Origin: an uncultured Bacteroidales bacterium | GTDB lineage: Bacteria > Bacteroidota > Bacteroidia > Bacteroidales > S143-33 | DNA: 48,226 nucleotides | Reading direction: 5' to 3' | Assembly (NCBI GenBank): GCA_964637235.1 | Contig: CAZWVR010000005.1 | Coordinates: 1-48,226, forward strand | Part shown: positions 27,881 to 38,279 of the stretch, piece by piece | How the letters are laid out: the number at the start of each line of letters is the position of its first letter | How positions within the stretch are numbered: position 1 is the stretch's first letter | Translations under genes and position numbers: made by a program | The notes under the pieces: model-generated | Seen by the model: the letters and a program-made list of their open reading frames with translations, nothing else | Databases searched by the model: none | What the model was told of the DNA's origin: nothing

Positions 27881-27932
27881 ACAGGGCTGTCCGCAAAGAT
27901 TACCTTTTTTTGTATATTTGGGACAACCCTGT
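27881..27932. terminator. Inverted repeat, probable terminator of the 28621 gene or a REP/IS-end-derived hairpin
   Basis: ACAGGGCTGTCCGCAAA ... TTTGGGACAACCCTGT. Confidence 0.6.
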
Positions 27933-27940
27933 GATTTTTT

Positions 27941-28621
27941 TCAAGGTTTCTTTTTATCGTATAGTTTATTTAATTTAATTTCAATACCTATGGAGCCAAA
28001 AGTTACTGGTATTATCCCTTCTTCTATAAAGAGAGCTGGTCCTGATTGTAAAGTTAAAAAAGCATATTTATAACCTAATTTAGTTATAAATGTTGGGAAA
28101 ATCATAAACATAATGTCATCTAGATTTGTGGATTTAATAATATAAAAACGTGGGGAGAAGCCAAATTCTGTGTATTTAGAAAATGTTCCTATTTCTGGTT
28201 GAATAAATAAAAAGTTACTATGAAAATCATTATTTGCTGCATGATAATTATTCCAAGCCCTTCCTATACCTGAATAAATTTCGAAAGTAGTATTTTTATT
28301 TAATTTATTGTAATATCCAACTCCAAATTCAATTTGGGCGATTTTAAGTGAATCTTCTTCATCGAGGTAAATCTCTGAAGCTGTAGAATTAATATGATAG
28401 TAATTTGCTATTAGAGCAAATTTATTTGAAATAGCATAGCTACTTGAAAAATATGGACCTATATCTGGGAGCATATTTACTCCAGCATTGAAATGTAGTT
28501 CATTTTTATTAGTCATTAAAGGGGCGTTCATACTACTGACCGCTAATGGTAGGTCGCAAGAGCTTAAAAATAAAAAAAGTGTAGCTATAAATACTGAAAT
28601 AGGAATAAATAAGTTTCTCAT
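27941..28621 (-). CDS. Hypothetical lipoprotein / outer-membrane beta-rich protein
   Basis: Lipobox LSSC; amphipathic strands such as EFGVGYY, FEIYSGIG, FIQPEIG and EFGFSPR. Confidence 0.7.
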   Translation of the reverse strand: MRNLFIPISVFIATLFLFLSSCDLPLAVSSMNAPLMTNKNELHFNAGVNMLPDIGPYFSSSYAISNKFALIANYYHINSTASEIYLDEEDSLKIAQIEFGVGYYNKLNKNTTFEIYSGIGRAWNNYHAANNDFHSNFLFIQPEIGTFSKYTEFGFSPRFYIIKSTNLDDIMFMIFPTFITKLGYKYAFLTLQSGPALFIEEGIIPVTFGSIGIEIKLNKLYDKKKP

Positions 28622-28889
28622 AGTCTTTTTTTAGAATAAAGAACGTTTTTTTTTATATAAAGAGTTCTTTTTTTTTGATAAAATTTAATTTTTTTATGAT
28701 AAAATTACTCATTTTGATTATTAACAAAAGATTTTAATACTAAATTAAAGTAGGATGTGGATATTTAGGGGGAAGCTCACTATGGAGTAAGCTACTATGC
28801 AAATGAAAGATCATCATATACATTTCTGTTATGATAGGTGATTGTATAAGTTAAACCTTGTTATTTTTTGGTGAAAGAGTAAATGGTGG

Positions 28890-28923
28890 AGGGCTGGTTA
28901 TTATGAGAGAATTTACCAGCCCT
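28890..28923 (-). terminator. Hairpin downstream of the OmpA-family gene
   Basis: AGGGCTGGT pairs with ACCAGCCCT, a 9-bp stem starting 10 nt after the stop codon. Confidence 0.55.
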
Positions 28924-28933
28924 TGCAGATGTA

Positions 28934-30928
28934 TTAGTCGCCGAAGCGTTCATAATTTTCGTTATAGCCGCCTTCAATTACTCGGAATTCAGTGCGGCGG
29001 TTAAGTTCATTGCATATTTCTTGTTGTTCTTTTGATGGTAGTGATTTAATAAATTCTTCTGTGAGTTTTTGTCCTACTTTTAAGAAAGGATATTTTTTAG
29101 CGGTCATTTCGTCGACGACAAATGGTTCACTTTCTCCATAACCTTTTGCTACGAGTCTATCTCGGGATATACCGTGTTCTACGAGGTATTTTACGACGGA
29201 ATTAGCACGACCTTGTGAAAGTTTAAGATTAGCTTTTTCGCTACCGCGGTAGTCAGTATGAGCTCTTAGTTCTATTTTGACGTCGGGATTTATTTGGAGG
29301 AGTTCAATTAACTTTTCCAATGCAGCATATGATTCTGGGCGGAGAGTAGTATCGTTAAAGTCATAATGAATATTTGGGATTTTGATATTTCCGACAGCAG
29401 GCACTAAGTATATTTCTGTATTTAGGACTGTTCCGTCTTTTTTTATTCCTTTTGTAGAGACAGTGGCGTGTCCTTTTAGGAAAGTTTTTTTCATTGCTAA
29501 TAAGTAATAATCTACATTTTCTTTGAGGTTTACTTCAAATTTTCCCGTGACGTCGGTATGTGCGATAATAGAGGAGCCATCACTACCTTGAATTTTAATT
29601 TTTACATCAGGCAGATAAGCGTGATTTTTATCGTTCATAACATATCCTACGAGTTTAATTTTAAGGGGAATTTGCCAGAAGTAGTATATATCATCGTCTT
29701 TACCCATTTTACGTGAGCTTGCCAGATATCCCTTTATTTCCTTAGGGTAGAATACTATGGAGAAGTCATTAGCGGGGGAGTTTATAGGGTATTTTAAGTT
29801 TTCCACTTTCCAAGAGCCGTCGGGTTGTTTTGTAGCTTTGTATATATCGAAGCCACCCATTCCTTCTGGTCTATCAGAAGCGAAGTATAAATTTCCTTTG
29901 CTGTCAGTTGCGGGGAATATTTCATTAAAAGGGGTATTTATATCACCTCCAAGGGGTTGGGGATTAGACCAAGGAGCCGATTTTGATGTTCTTGTCATAA
30001 ACCAAATATCTTTTCCACCTTTGCCTTTTGGGTTATCGGTAGCGAAGTACATAGTTAACCCATCGGGGGAGAGAGCAGGTTGACCGACGGATATAGCGGT
30101 ATCGTTGAATATTTTTACTTGTCCTTGTTTTACCCATTTACCATCTTGCCATCGAGCTTTATAGATTTTACAGCCTACTTTTTTATTTTTAATGTATTGG
30201 CAAGATGTATAATACATTGTAAAACCGTCGGGAGTTAATGTGCAACTTCCGTCATCGAATTGTGTATTTACTTCTCCTTCGATAGGTTTTGGTACTGTCC
30301 AGAATCCTTTTTTATCTAATTGAGTGACGTATATATCTGCGAAGTTAGTTCCTGAGTTAGTATTTAATTTAGTTCCTTTACCATTGCTACGTGTAGAAGT
30401 AAAGAATAGGGTAAGGGTATCGTTGCTCAGGGCGGGGGCAAAATCGTTATCTCTTGAATTTATTTGTTTTACGTAAACTACCTGATATCGCGAGGGATGT
30501 TCCATCCATTTTTTAGCGTTTTCGCAGGATTTAATACCTATATCAGCTATTTTATCGTTAGGGACAAGGTCTTTGTAATTTCTATAATATTTCATAGCGT
30601 CTTCATAGAGACCTTTCATTTTTAGAGCTTCTGCTAAATAGAGGTTAGCTTTTGGGTCTTGATATTTGTACAATATAGCCCTACGGAACCATTTTATTTG
30701 TCCACCTACATCAAATAGATGTTTTGCACACATACCGGCTTTGAAGGATACTTCACCTTTTAGAGTTCTATCTTTAATTTTAGCGAAATATTGATTATAG
30801 AGCTCATAGGCTTTTGAGTATTCACCAGCTTCGTAATACTTATTAGCTTTTTGGATTTTTCTCGGTTGAGCGTTTATACCGAGGCTTATAAATAGCATAG
30901 AAAATACCAAAAAAATTGTTTTTTTCAT
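28934..30928 (-). CDS. PorE-like TPR + PD40 propeller + carboxypeptidase-regulatory-like + OmpA C-terminal domain protein
   Basis: Signal peptide, TPR, PD40 repeats (FFTSTR, YFASDRPEGMGGFDIY), then AHTDYRG...NLKLSQGRA...GYGE...NRRTEF. Confidence 0.9.
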   Translation of the reverse strand: MKKTIFLVFSMLFISLGINAQPRKIQKANKYYEAGEYSKAYELYNQYFAKIKDRTLKGEVSFKAGMCAKHLFDVGGQIKWFRRAILYKYQDPKANLYLAEALKMKGLYEDAMKYYRNYKDLVPNDKIADIGIKSCENAKKWMEHPSRYQVVYVKQINSRDNDFAPALSNDTLTLFFTSTRSNGKGTKLNTNSGTNFADIYVTQLDKKGFWTVPKPIEGEVNTQFDDGSCTLTPDGFTMYYTSCQYIKNKKVGCKIYKARWQDGKWVKQGQVKIFNDTAISVGQPALSPDGLTMYFATDNPKGKGGKDIWFMTRTSKSAPWSNPQPLGGDINTPFNEIFPATDSKGNLYFASDRPEGMGGFDIYKATKQPDGSWKVENLKYPINSPANDFSIVFYPKEIKGYLASSRKMGKDDDIYYFWQIPLKIKLVGYVMNDKNHAYLPDVKIKIQGSDGSSIIAHTDVTGKFEVNLKENVDYYLLAMKKTFLKGHATVSTKGIKKDGTVLNTEIYLVPAVGNIKIPNIHYDFNDTTLRPESYAALEKLIELLQINPDVKIELRAHTDYRGSEKANLKLSQGRANSVVKYLVEHGISRDRLVAKGYGESEPFVVDEMTAKKYPFLKVGQKLTEEFIKSLPSKEQQEICNELNRRTEFRVIEGGYNENYERFGD

Positions 30929-30939
30929 ATTTATTAGTT

Positions 30940-33039
30940 TTAGTTTATGATTTTCATTTCTTTAATAAGATGTTTTGCATTTGCGTATTTATCAATGATA
31001 AATAGTACATATCTGATGTCTAAGGTAATATTTCTGCACATTGAAGTATCGAAATCATAGTCGCTCATAGTTCCTTCCCATACTCTATCAAAATTTACAC
31101 CAATAAGGTATCCATTTTTATCGATAACCGGGCTTCCGGAGTTTCCTCCTGTTGTATGATTATCGGCGATAAAGGCTATATGCATAGTACTATCTTTTTT
31201 ATCGTAATATTTGCCGAAATCTTTTTTCTCGTATAGTGTTTTAAGTTTTTTAGGCACTTTATAGTCGTAGATTTTAGGATTTTCTTTTTCGATAACACCT
31301 TTTAGAGTAGTGAAATATCGGTAAAAAACTGCATCTCTGGGTTGATATCCTTTTACGGATCCAAAGGAAACCCTGAGAGTAAAATTTGCATCTGGATAGA
31401 ATATTTTATTTGAATCCATTTGCATCAGTAGTTTTATATATAAACGATTAAGGCTGTCTAATGCATATTTATAGGATTGATTTTTGGCTTCAAATTCATT
31501 TAATTTTTTTATAAGTGAATTATAAAGTTGAATAAGAGGATCCTCTATTGGTAAAAAGTTAAGTTTTTGGGCTTTATCCATAGATGTTAGCATAGAAGAA
31601 TTAAAGATTTCAAGTGCATATTTGATTGTATCGTTTGCGAGGGAATTAAGTTTTTGGACGATAGTTTTAGGTATAAATTTTTTTGGGGCATAATGTAGAT
31701 AGTTTTTGACAGCAGCTATAAATAGCTGTTTTTCGATAGTTGTATCGTAGTTTTTATATAAGTAATTTAGTTTTTTATAGAATTTCTCAGCAGATTGTTC
31801 ATTAAGAATGGATTTATATATATTCCACCAATCTGACAGGTAAAAACATTCGATGAAAGCATAGTATGCTTTTTTATATGGCATAGTAAGGTTGTAATAT
31901 TTTTTTAAATCGTTGAGGATGTTTTTATATTTTGCCAATTTTTTATTTTTTTTGATCCATAGTAAGAATTTTTTTTCTTGGAGCTGTTTTTTCTTAATAG
32001 TTTTTAGCCGATTTAAGCCTTGTTTTGCGCCTATCCATTTTTTCCATGCATTTGCTATTCTTGCTTGTTTTGCAGAGTACATAATTCGTAATGTAGGATT
32101 TGTTTTTATAGCATTATTTATAATATTGAGTTTATCTTCTCGTATTTTGATTCTCATGGAGTTATATATATTGTTAATTTGTTTGATAGCAAAAGACGGG
32201 AGATATTCATAGGTAATTCCGGGGTATCCCATAACCATAGTAAAATCGCCTTGTTTTATGCCATTGAGTGAAATTTTAAAGAATTTTTTAGGTTTATATG
32301 GTACATTATTGGGAGAGTATTCAGCAGGCATATTATTAGTATCTGCGTAAACTCTAAAAATTGAGAAGTCGCCAGTATGTCTGGGCCATATCCAATTATC
32401 GGTATCGCCACCGAAGCGACCTATTGCTGAGGGAGGTGCACCAACAAGTCTAACATCACGGAATACTTCATAGACCATAAGCATATACATATTGCCATTA
32501 TAGAATGAGTAAACATTTGCGTAATAGTATTTTTTAGGATATTTTTTAGTTATTTGTTGAAGGAGTTGTTCTTTATTTTGTTCAATAATATTTTGTCGTT
32601 TATATTCTGGTGTATTTTCAGTAATGCCATTAAGTATCTGTTCAGTTACGTTTTCTGCATGGACTAATATTTTGACTGTTAGTCCGGGATTTGGTAGTTC
32701 TTCGGAGAGATTTTGTGCCCAGAAGCCTGATGAAAGGTAATCATTTTCGGGGGTAGAATGTCTTTGGATAAAGGAGTGTCCGCAGTGATAATTAGTTAGT
32801 ATTAAGCCCATAGGAGATATAAATTCACCTGTGCAGCCTGTACCAAAAATTACTACTGCATCTTTTAGTGAAGGGTTATTTTCGTTATATATATCTTCTG
32901 CTGATAATATTAGTCCTTTTTTTCGCATTTGATATATTATTCCTTGTTTTTTTAGATACATTGGCAACCATAATCCTTCATCGGCATATACTGTGATGAA
33001 CATATAAAGAGCAGAAAAAAAGATTAGAAATCTTTTCAT
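30940..33039 (-). CDS. dpp11: S46 family dipeptidyl-peptidase, DPP11-type
   Basis: Motifs DEGLW, TNYHC (His), WPRHTGDF (Asp) and TTGGNSGSP (Ser). The S1 motif FDRVWE has Arg (DPP11-like), where DPP7 has Gly. Confidence 0.85.
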   Translation of the reverse strand: MKRFLIFFSALYMFITVYADEGLWLPMYLKKQGIIYQMRKKGLILSAEDIYNENNPSLKDAVVIFGTGCTGEFISPMGLILTNYHCGHSFIQRHSTPENDYLSSGFWAQNLSEELPNPGLTVKILVHAENVTEQILNGITENTPEYKRQNIIEQNKEQLLQQITKKYPKKYYYANVYSFYNGNMYMLMVYEVFRDVRLVGAPPSAIGRFGGDTDNWIWPRHTGDFSIFRVYADTNNMPAEYSPNNVPYKPKKFFKISLNGIKQGDFTMVMGYPGITYEYLPSFAIKQINNIYNSMRIKIREDKLNIINNAIKTNPTLRIMYSAKQARIANAWKKWIGAKQGLNRLKTIKKKQLQEKKFLLWIKKNKKLAKYKNILNDLKKYYNLTMPYKKAYYAFIECFYLSDWWNIYKSILNEQSAEKFYKKLNYLYKNYDTTIEKQLFIAAVKNYLHYAPKKFIPKTIVQKLNSLANDTIKYALEIFNSSMLTSMDKAQKLNFLPIEDPLIQLYNSLIKKLNEFEAKNQSYKYALDSLNRLYIKLLMQMDSNKIFYPDANFTLRVSFGSVKGYQPRDAVFYRYFTTLKGVIEKENPKIYDYKVPKKLKTLYEKKDFGKYYDKKDSTMHIAFIADNHTTGGNSGSPVIDKNGYLIGVNFDRVWEGTMSDYDFDTSMCRNITLDIRYVLFIIDKYANAKHLIKEMKIIN

Positions 33040-33182
33040 AAGTTTATAGGTTTGTTTGGTTAAATTTTCTTACAAAATAATAACATTTTTTTCAGAAATT
33101 AAACTTTTGTTTTTTTATCTTGTTTATGTATATGGATAAATAGTGTTTTTTATAGAAAAAATTTTTTGACGAAAGTATTAAA

Positions 33183-34187
33183 TTATTTGATGAAATTCAC
33201 TTCTGGTACTAAGTTTATATCAAATTTGTCTTTAATAATAGTTTTTACATATTCGGAAAGTATGACAATATCCATTGGTTCTGCATTTCCTGTATTTACT
33301 ATTACAAGGGGTTGTTTTGGATAAATCATAGCTTTACCAATAGTTTTACCTTTTAAGCCAGCTTTATCTATAAGCCAAGCAGCAGGTATTTTAATTCCTT
33401 CTGGGACTTTATAAAATGGTATTTGAGGATAATTTTTTTTCAGTTTCAAAAAAGATTTTTCGTCAATTATAGGGTTTTTAAAGAAGCTACCGCTATTGCC
33501 AAGGATGTTATAGTCTGGTAATTTACGTTTACGTATTTTTAGTATTGTATTGCGTATAGTTTTCAGGTCTTTTTTACCAATTTTTTTTATTTCTTTTTCA
33601 AGTTCTGAGTAAGACAAGTTTAGTTTTTCGTTTTTTGATAGTTTAAATATTACAGATGATATAATTCCTTTATTTTTTAAGGTATCTTTAAATATACTGT
33701 GTCTGTATGCGAAATGACATTTTTCATTTTCCAGTATAATTATTTTTTGTTTTTCAAAATCAAAGAATTTAACAGCAATGATGTTATTTTTGACTTCGGC
33801 GCCGTAAGCTCCGATATTTTGGATAGGAGCAGCTCCGACGGTGCCCGGAATTCCGGAGAGGTTTTCTAATCCAAATAGGTTTTTATCTACTGTAAATTTT
33901 ACAAAGTTATCCCAGTTTTCGCCAGCAGCAACTTCAATGATAATGTCATTTTTTGTTTCGTATAATATTTGTTTGCCTTTTATTCTATTTAGAATTACGA
34001 TACCGTTGAAATCTTGTGTAAAGAGTACATTTGTACCATCACCTAAGATTACGAATTTTTTATTTTGTATTAGTTCTGATAATTTCACAAGATCCTCTTT
34101 TGAGTTTATAGTAATAAGAAAATCAGCTTTTATGTTAAGATGAAAGCTATTGAAATTTTTGAGATTTGCATTTTTTTGTATAATCAT
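33183..34187 (-). CDS. murB: UDP-N-acetylenolpyruvoylglucosamine reductase
   Basis: Motifs GLENLSGIPGTVGAAPIQNIGAYG, YRHSIFK, GNSGSFFKNP and PEV. Confidence 0.96.
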   Translation of the reverse strand: MIIQKNANLKNFNSFHLNIKADFLITINSKEDLVKLSELIQNKKFVILGDGTNVLFTQDFNGIVILNRIKGKQILYETKNDIIIEVAAGENWDNFVKFTVDKNLFGLENLSGIPGTVGAAPIQNIGAYGAEVKNNIIAVKFFDFEKQKIIILENEKCHFAYRHSIFKDTLKNKGIISSVIFKLSKNEKLNLSYSELEKEIKKIGKKDLKTIRNTILKIRKRKLPDYNILGNSGSFFKNPIIDEKSFLKLKKNYPQIPFYKVPEGIKIPAAWLIDKAGLKGKTIGKAMIYPKQPLVIVNTGNAEPMDIVILSEYVKTIIKDKFDINLVPEVNFIK

Positions 34188-34199
34188 TTCGTGGGATTT

Positions 34200-35684
34200 T
34201 TAAAATTCCAGAATTCTTAGTGTATCTAAGTTTAAACGATATTGTAGCCATTTTGACAATTTTGTTTCTTGTTTTTTTCTGTACCATTTGCTATAACCGG
34301 GTTTCCAATGTACTAATAGGATAGGGATAGTATCAATAGTTGTATCATTTTTATACATAATTGATTTTGCAAATGCGAATTTTGTAATTTTATCATATTC
34401 TACTGATAATTCTTTTGCGATTTGTCTAATAGGAATAGTATCAGATGTTAGTTTAATTAGCTGATTTTCCAGAAATTCAATACGTTTTTCTTTATCTTGT
34501 ATTAGTTGCAGGTTTTGTTTGTATATATCTTGTAATAGGTCGTTTTTAATTTGGTCTTTTAGTTTTTGGTTTAAATTTGCTAATTGTGTTTTAAAAGCTT
34601 CTGTATTATCTTTTGCTTGGAATATTTGTAATATAGTGGTGTCAGGGAGCATAATTTTTTGCCACCAAGAACTTTTATTATTAAGTAAACCGTATTTTTT
34701 TAATTTTTTTTGTAAACTTTTAATTTGTTCGTTTTTTAAAGGTTCACCGATAAAAAATAAGTTAATATATGCGGTATCGCCGTAGATAATTTTTTTATCA
34801 ATTAATTGACTATTAGGGAATTTAGATGTTTCTTTTGTTATAAAGTGTTCAGTATTAGTTTTAAAGCGGGCTTCTTTAATTACGTTAAAGAATATAATAG
34901 CACTTGGTAAGATTACGATTATTGCCAAAATTGTGATATAAAGTTTAATTCTTTTTTCTTGTTGTTTGTTTATAAATTCTTTTTTAGGGAATTTTAAGTA
35001 TTTAACAGTTATAAAAGTAGCGATGCTGATGAATACGGAATTTATGAAGAATAGATACATAGCCCCGAGAAAGAAGTTCCATTTTGCAGTTGCTATACCG
35101 TATCCAGCAGTACAAAGAGGAGGCATAAGAGCCGTAGCAATAGCGACACCGGGGATTACATTACTTTTTTCTCTTTTTGCACCCACTATACTCCCTGCGA
35201 AGCCACCGAAAAGAGCTATCATAACGTCTAATATAGTTGGTTTAGTTCGTGCTAAGAGTTCAGAATGAGCTTCTTTTAAAGGCGTGAGCCAAAAGTATAT
35301 TGCTGAGGTTATTAAGCTTATGCTTACGGCAACAAGGAGATATTTTATTGCTTTTTGGAGCATTTTCCAGTCGTATATACCAATGGCTGTTCCGATGGCA
35401 ACAATAGGACCCATTAAGGGAGATATAAGCATAGCTCCGATTATGACAGCGGTAGAGTTAGCATTAAGTCCTATTGAAGCAATTAGTATTGAAAACATTA
35501 GTATCCATGCGGTATGCCCGCGAAAAGCCATATCTTTTTCAATATCAGAAAGTGTTTGTTGATAATCTACTTCTCCTATGCTTAAAATTTCTTTGAAAAA
35601 TAGGAATGTCAATTCTTTTATTCTAAGGAGAATATAACTCAGATGTGTTCTTTGTTTATTTTGCTTTTCGGTGTTTTTTTCCAT
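34200..35684 (-). CDS. DUF389 / TIGR00341 family membrane protein
   Basis: Motifs STAVIIGAMLISPLMGP, ELLART.P and PGVAIATALMPPLC. Confidence 0.92.
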   Translation of the reverse strand: MEKNTEKQNKQRTHLSYILLRIKELTFLFFKEILSIGEVDYQQTLSDIEKDMAFRGHTAWILMFSILIASIGLNANSTAVIIGAMLISPLMGPIVAIGTAIGIYDWKMLQKAIKYLLVAVSISLITSAIYFWLTPLKEAHSELLARTKPTILDVMIALFGGFAGSIVGAKREKSNVIPGVAIATALMPPLCTAGYGIATAKWNFFLGAMYLFFINSVFISIATFITVKYLKFPKKEFINKQQEKRIKLYITILAIIVILPSAIIFFNVIKEARFKTNTEHFITKETSKFPNSQLIDKKIIYGDTAYINLFFIGEPLKNEQIKSLQKKLKKYGLLNNKSSWWQKIMLPDTTILQIFQAKDNTEAFKTQLANLNQKLKDQIKNDLLQDIYKQNLQLIQDKEKRIEFLENQLIKLTSDTIPIRQIAKELSVEYDKITKFAFAKSIMYKNDTTIDTIPILLVHWKPGYSKWYRKKQETKLSKWLQYRLNLDTLRILEF

Positions 35685-35739
35685 AAAAGGCTTTTTTTAA
35701 ATTGTAAAAATAAAATTTTAGTTTAGCAAAAAAAATTAT

Positions 35740-36330
35740 ATGAAAATAGCAATATTTTGTAGTGCTAGTAATGCCTTGGATGAGGAATATTATGCTCTTG
35801 CTAAAAATTTGGCTTATGAGCTTGCTAATCGTAAGCATGAGGTTATAACTGGTGGAGCCAATGTGGGCATTATGAAAGTTTTATCTGAGACAGCCAGAGA
35901 ATTAGGAGTAAGGACAATTGGTATCATTCCAAAAGTAATATTTCATAAAGAACTTGCAGACCATAAAAATGATGAGCTTATAATTACTGATACTCTTTCG
36001 GAAAGAAAAAATAAAATTATTGCTTCGGCAGATGCTTTTATAGCCCTTCCGGGTGGTTTTGGGACATTAGATGAACTTATGGAAGTCATTGTTTATAAGC
36101 AGTTAGCCATTTTAGATAAACCTATTGTTATATTTAATTTTAAGGGTTTTTATGACAATTTGATACGGCAGTTTGATGTTTTCTTTAAAAATAATTTTGC
36201 AAAAAGAAAATATTCGAAGTTATTTCTTATTACAGATAATTTTTCCGATGCTTTTGCTTATATTGAAAATTATCAGAAGCAAAAGTCAATAGATTTTGAA
36301 TGGTTTAAGGTTGATAAAAATAATTTTTAA
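35740..36330 (+). CDS. LOG family nucleotide monophosphate nucleosidase (TIGR00730)
   Basis: Motifs GGANVGIM, ERK and ALPGGFGTLDE. Confidence 0.92.
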   Translation: MKIAIFCSASNALDEEYYALAKNLAYELANRKHEVITGGANVGIMKVLSETARELGVRTIGIIPKVIFHKELADHKNDELIITDTLSERKNKIIASADAFIALPGGFGTLDELMEVIVYKQLAILDKPIVIFNFKGFYDNLIRQFDVFFKNNFAKRKYSKLFLITDNFSDAFAYIENYQKQKSIDFEWFKVDKNNF

Positions 36331-36502
36331 AAGGCAAACAAGATAAAAATTTTTTCGTTTATAGAGTAAAGTAAAAAATCGTTCAAAAAGTGTGAAATCT
36401 ATTTTACAAAAGTATATACAAATAGAGAGGCAGCTACTTCATTATTTATTTTATCTTTTACCTCAATCTTTTCGTGCTTTTTTTAATAAAAAAATAGTTT
36501 TT

Positions 36503-37129
36503 ATGCGAAATATTCTTAGATTTCTGCTTATTTTCATAGTGATGTTTATTTTTAGTTTACCTTTTTTGTTTAAGAATAAATTTGATTATTATTTGCAAGA
36601 TAAAGGTTATCAGGCAGTTATAGATAATTACAAAAATGAAGTTGATAAATATGCTAAAAAATTTAACCTTCCGTCAAGCTATCTCTTAGCGCTGATTATG
36701 TTAGAATCTTCTGGTAGAAAAAATGCACCATATAGATATGAGCCACATATATATAAAAAGCTAAAATTATTGAAAGAAGGCAAAATAAAACAATTTGAAA
36801 ATTTAAAGCCGGAAGATCTTAAAGGATTTTCTAATTCTCAATTGAAAGATTTAGCCAGTTCTTGGGGTCCATTTCAAATTATGGGTTATAAAACTATAAA
36901 AATGGGCATAACGATAGATGAACTTAAAGGGAAAAATGCAGTTTATTGGGGTATAAAATGGATTAACGATGATTATGGATTTCTTCTTCGTCAGGGAAAG
37001 TTCAAAGATGCTTTTCATTGGCATAATACTGGTAAGCCTTTTCCGCGAGATGGCATACCTCAGACTTATGACGAAAACTATGTTAATAAAGGTCTCTATT
37101 ATATGAAAGTATTTAGCAAATTATATTGA
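36503..37129 (+). CDS. Membrane-anchored lysozyme-fold muramidase (DUF3380/SLT-like)
   Basis: Preferred start ATG at 36503. N-terminal TM, then ALIMLESSG (catalytic Glu), RYEPH, SSWGPFQIMG and HNTG. Confidence 0.7.
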   Translation: MRNILRFLLIFIVMFIFSLPFLFKNKFDYYLQDKGYQAVIDNYKNEVDKYAKKFNLPSSYLLALIMLESSGRKNAPYRYEPHIYKKLKLLKEGKIKQFENLKPEDLKGFSNSQLKDLASSWGPFQIMGYKTIKMGITIDELKGKNAVYWGIKWINDDYGFLLRQGKFKDAFHWHNTGKPFPRDGIPQTYDENYVNKGLYYMKVFSKLY

Positions 37130-37202
37130 TTCTTAAAATGCGTAAAAGGTAGCTAATTGAGAGCATTTTTTATAATTTAAAATTTTGATTTTAAGCGATT
37201 TG

Positions 37203-38144
37203 CTATAAAAATTTTGCTTTTTTGAATCTAAAACCGGCTAAAAATTGTTGATTATTAAGTATTTTTTTGCCTTCCAATTGTATTTCTGTGGGAATAATAA
37301 AACCGTCTGAGGTTGCTATTTTTAGACGTTTTTTTTCGATTATAATTTCGCCGGGTTCGTAAGAATGTTCAATTTTTTCAGCGATAGAGAAGTATATTTT
37401 TACTGTAAGTATGTTTCCATCTTTATTTAATAAAGTCCAAGCTGTTGGTTTTTTGCTTAATCCACGAATTAAGTTGTATATTTCTATGCTTTTTTTAGAC
37501 CAGTCAATTTTTCTATGTTGCTTTGTAATTTTAGGAGCTTTATGTAAATTATTTCCTAATTGATGTTGTGGAATAGGCGTAATATTATTGTTTTCTATCT
37601 GTTTTATTGCTTTAATTAGTAGGGGTACACCTCTTTTTATAATTTTTTCTGATAATGTATCAGCAGTATCGTCAAAATTTATAGCAATAGTTTCCTGCAA
37701 AATTATATCGCCACTGTCAATATTTTCGTTGATAAAAAATATGGTTATACCGGTTTGTGTTTCTCCATTGATTATAGCCCAATTGATTGGCGCAGCACCT
37801 CTATAATCAGGCAGATATGATGGGTGAAAGTTTATAGTTCCCATCGGTGGCATTTGCCACACTTTATTAGGGAGTTTCCTATAAGCAACTACGACAAATA
37901 AGTCAGCTTTGAATGATTGTAAAGTTGATAGAAACTCTTCGTCTGAAAGATTTTCTGGTTGTAGTAATGGATATCCTGCTTGACGTGCGTAGATAGCTAC
38001 CGGAGGAGATGTTATTTTTTTGCCTCTTCCGCTGGGTTTATCCGGTGATGATACTATTGCTGCTATTTCAATATCTTTTTGTCCTTCTATACCTTTAAGT
38101 ATTTTTAGGGCAAATTCTGGTGTCCCAAAATATATTATTCGCAT
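37203..38144 (-). CDS. fmt: Methionyl-tRNA formyltransferase
   Basis: Motifs FGTPEFA, PDKPSGRG, NFHPSYLPDYRGAAPI, DSGDI and APKI. Confidence 0.96.
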   Translation of the reverse strand: MRIIYFGTPEFALKILKGIEGQKDIEIAAIVSSPDKPSGRGKKITSPPVAIYARQAGYPLLQPENLSDEEFLSTLQSFKADLFVVVAYRKLPNKVWQMPPMGTINFHPSYLPDYRGAAPINWAIINGETQTGITIFFINENIDSGDIILQETIAINFDDTADTLSEKIIKRGVPLLIKAIKQIENNNITPIPQHQLGNNLHKAPKITKQHRKIDWSKKSIEIYNLIRGLSKKPTAWTLLNKDGNILTVKIYFSIAEKIEHSYEPGEIIIEKKRLKIATSDGFIIPTEIQLEGKKILNNQQFLAGFRFKKAKFL

Positions 38145-38279
38145 AGTTAATTTGTTATGACTAATTTTGTTTTTGGCTGCAAATATGACAAATTATTGAC
38201 GAATTTATAAAAATTTCTTTGTTAATTGTTTGTCTTTTAAAGAAAAATATCTTTTTTTGTAAAAATAAAAAATTTGTAA

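Noticed and set aside
28622-28933. 312-nt intergenic region with a short direct repeat (AAGCTCACTATG / AAGCTACTATG) as a possible ncRNA or CRISPR remnant
   Set aside because: There are only two short imperfect copies, no spacer periodicity and no recognisable RNA family. An Rfam search would be needed.
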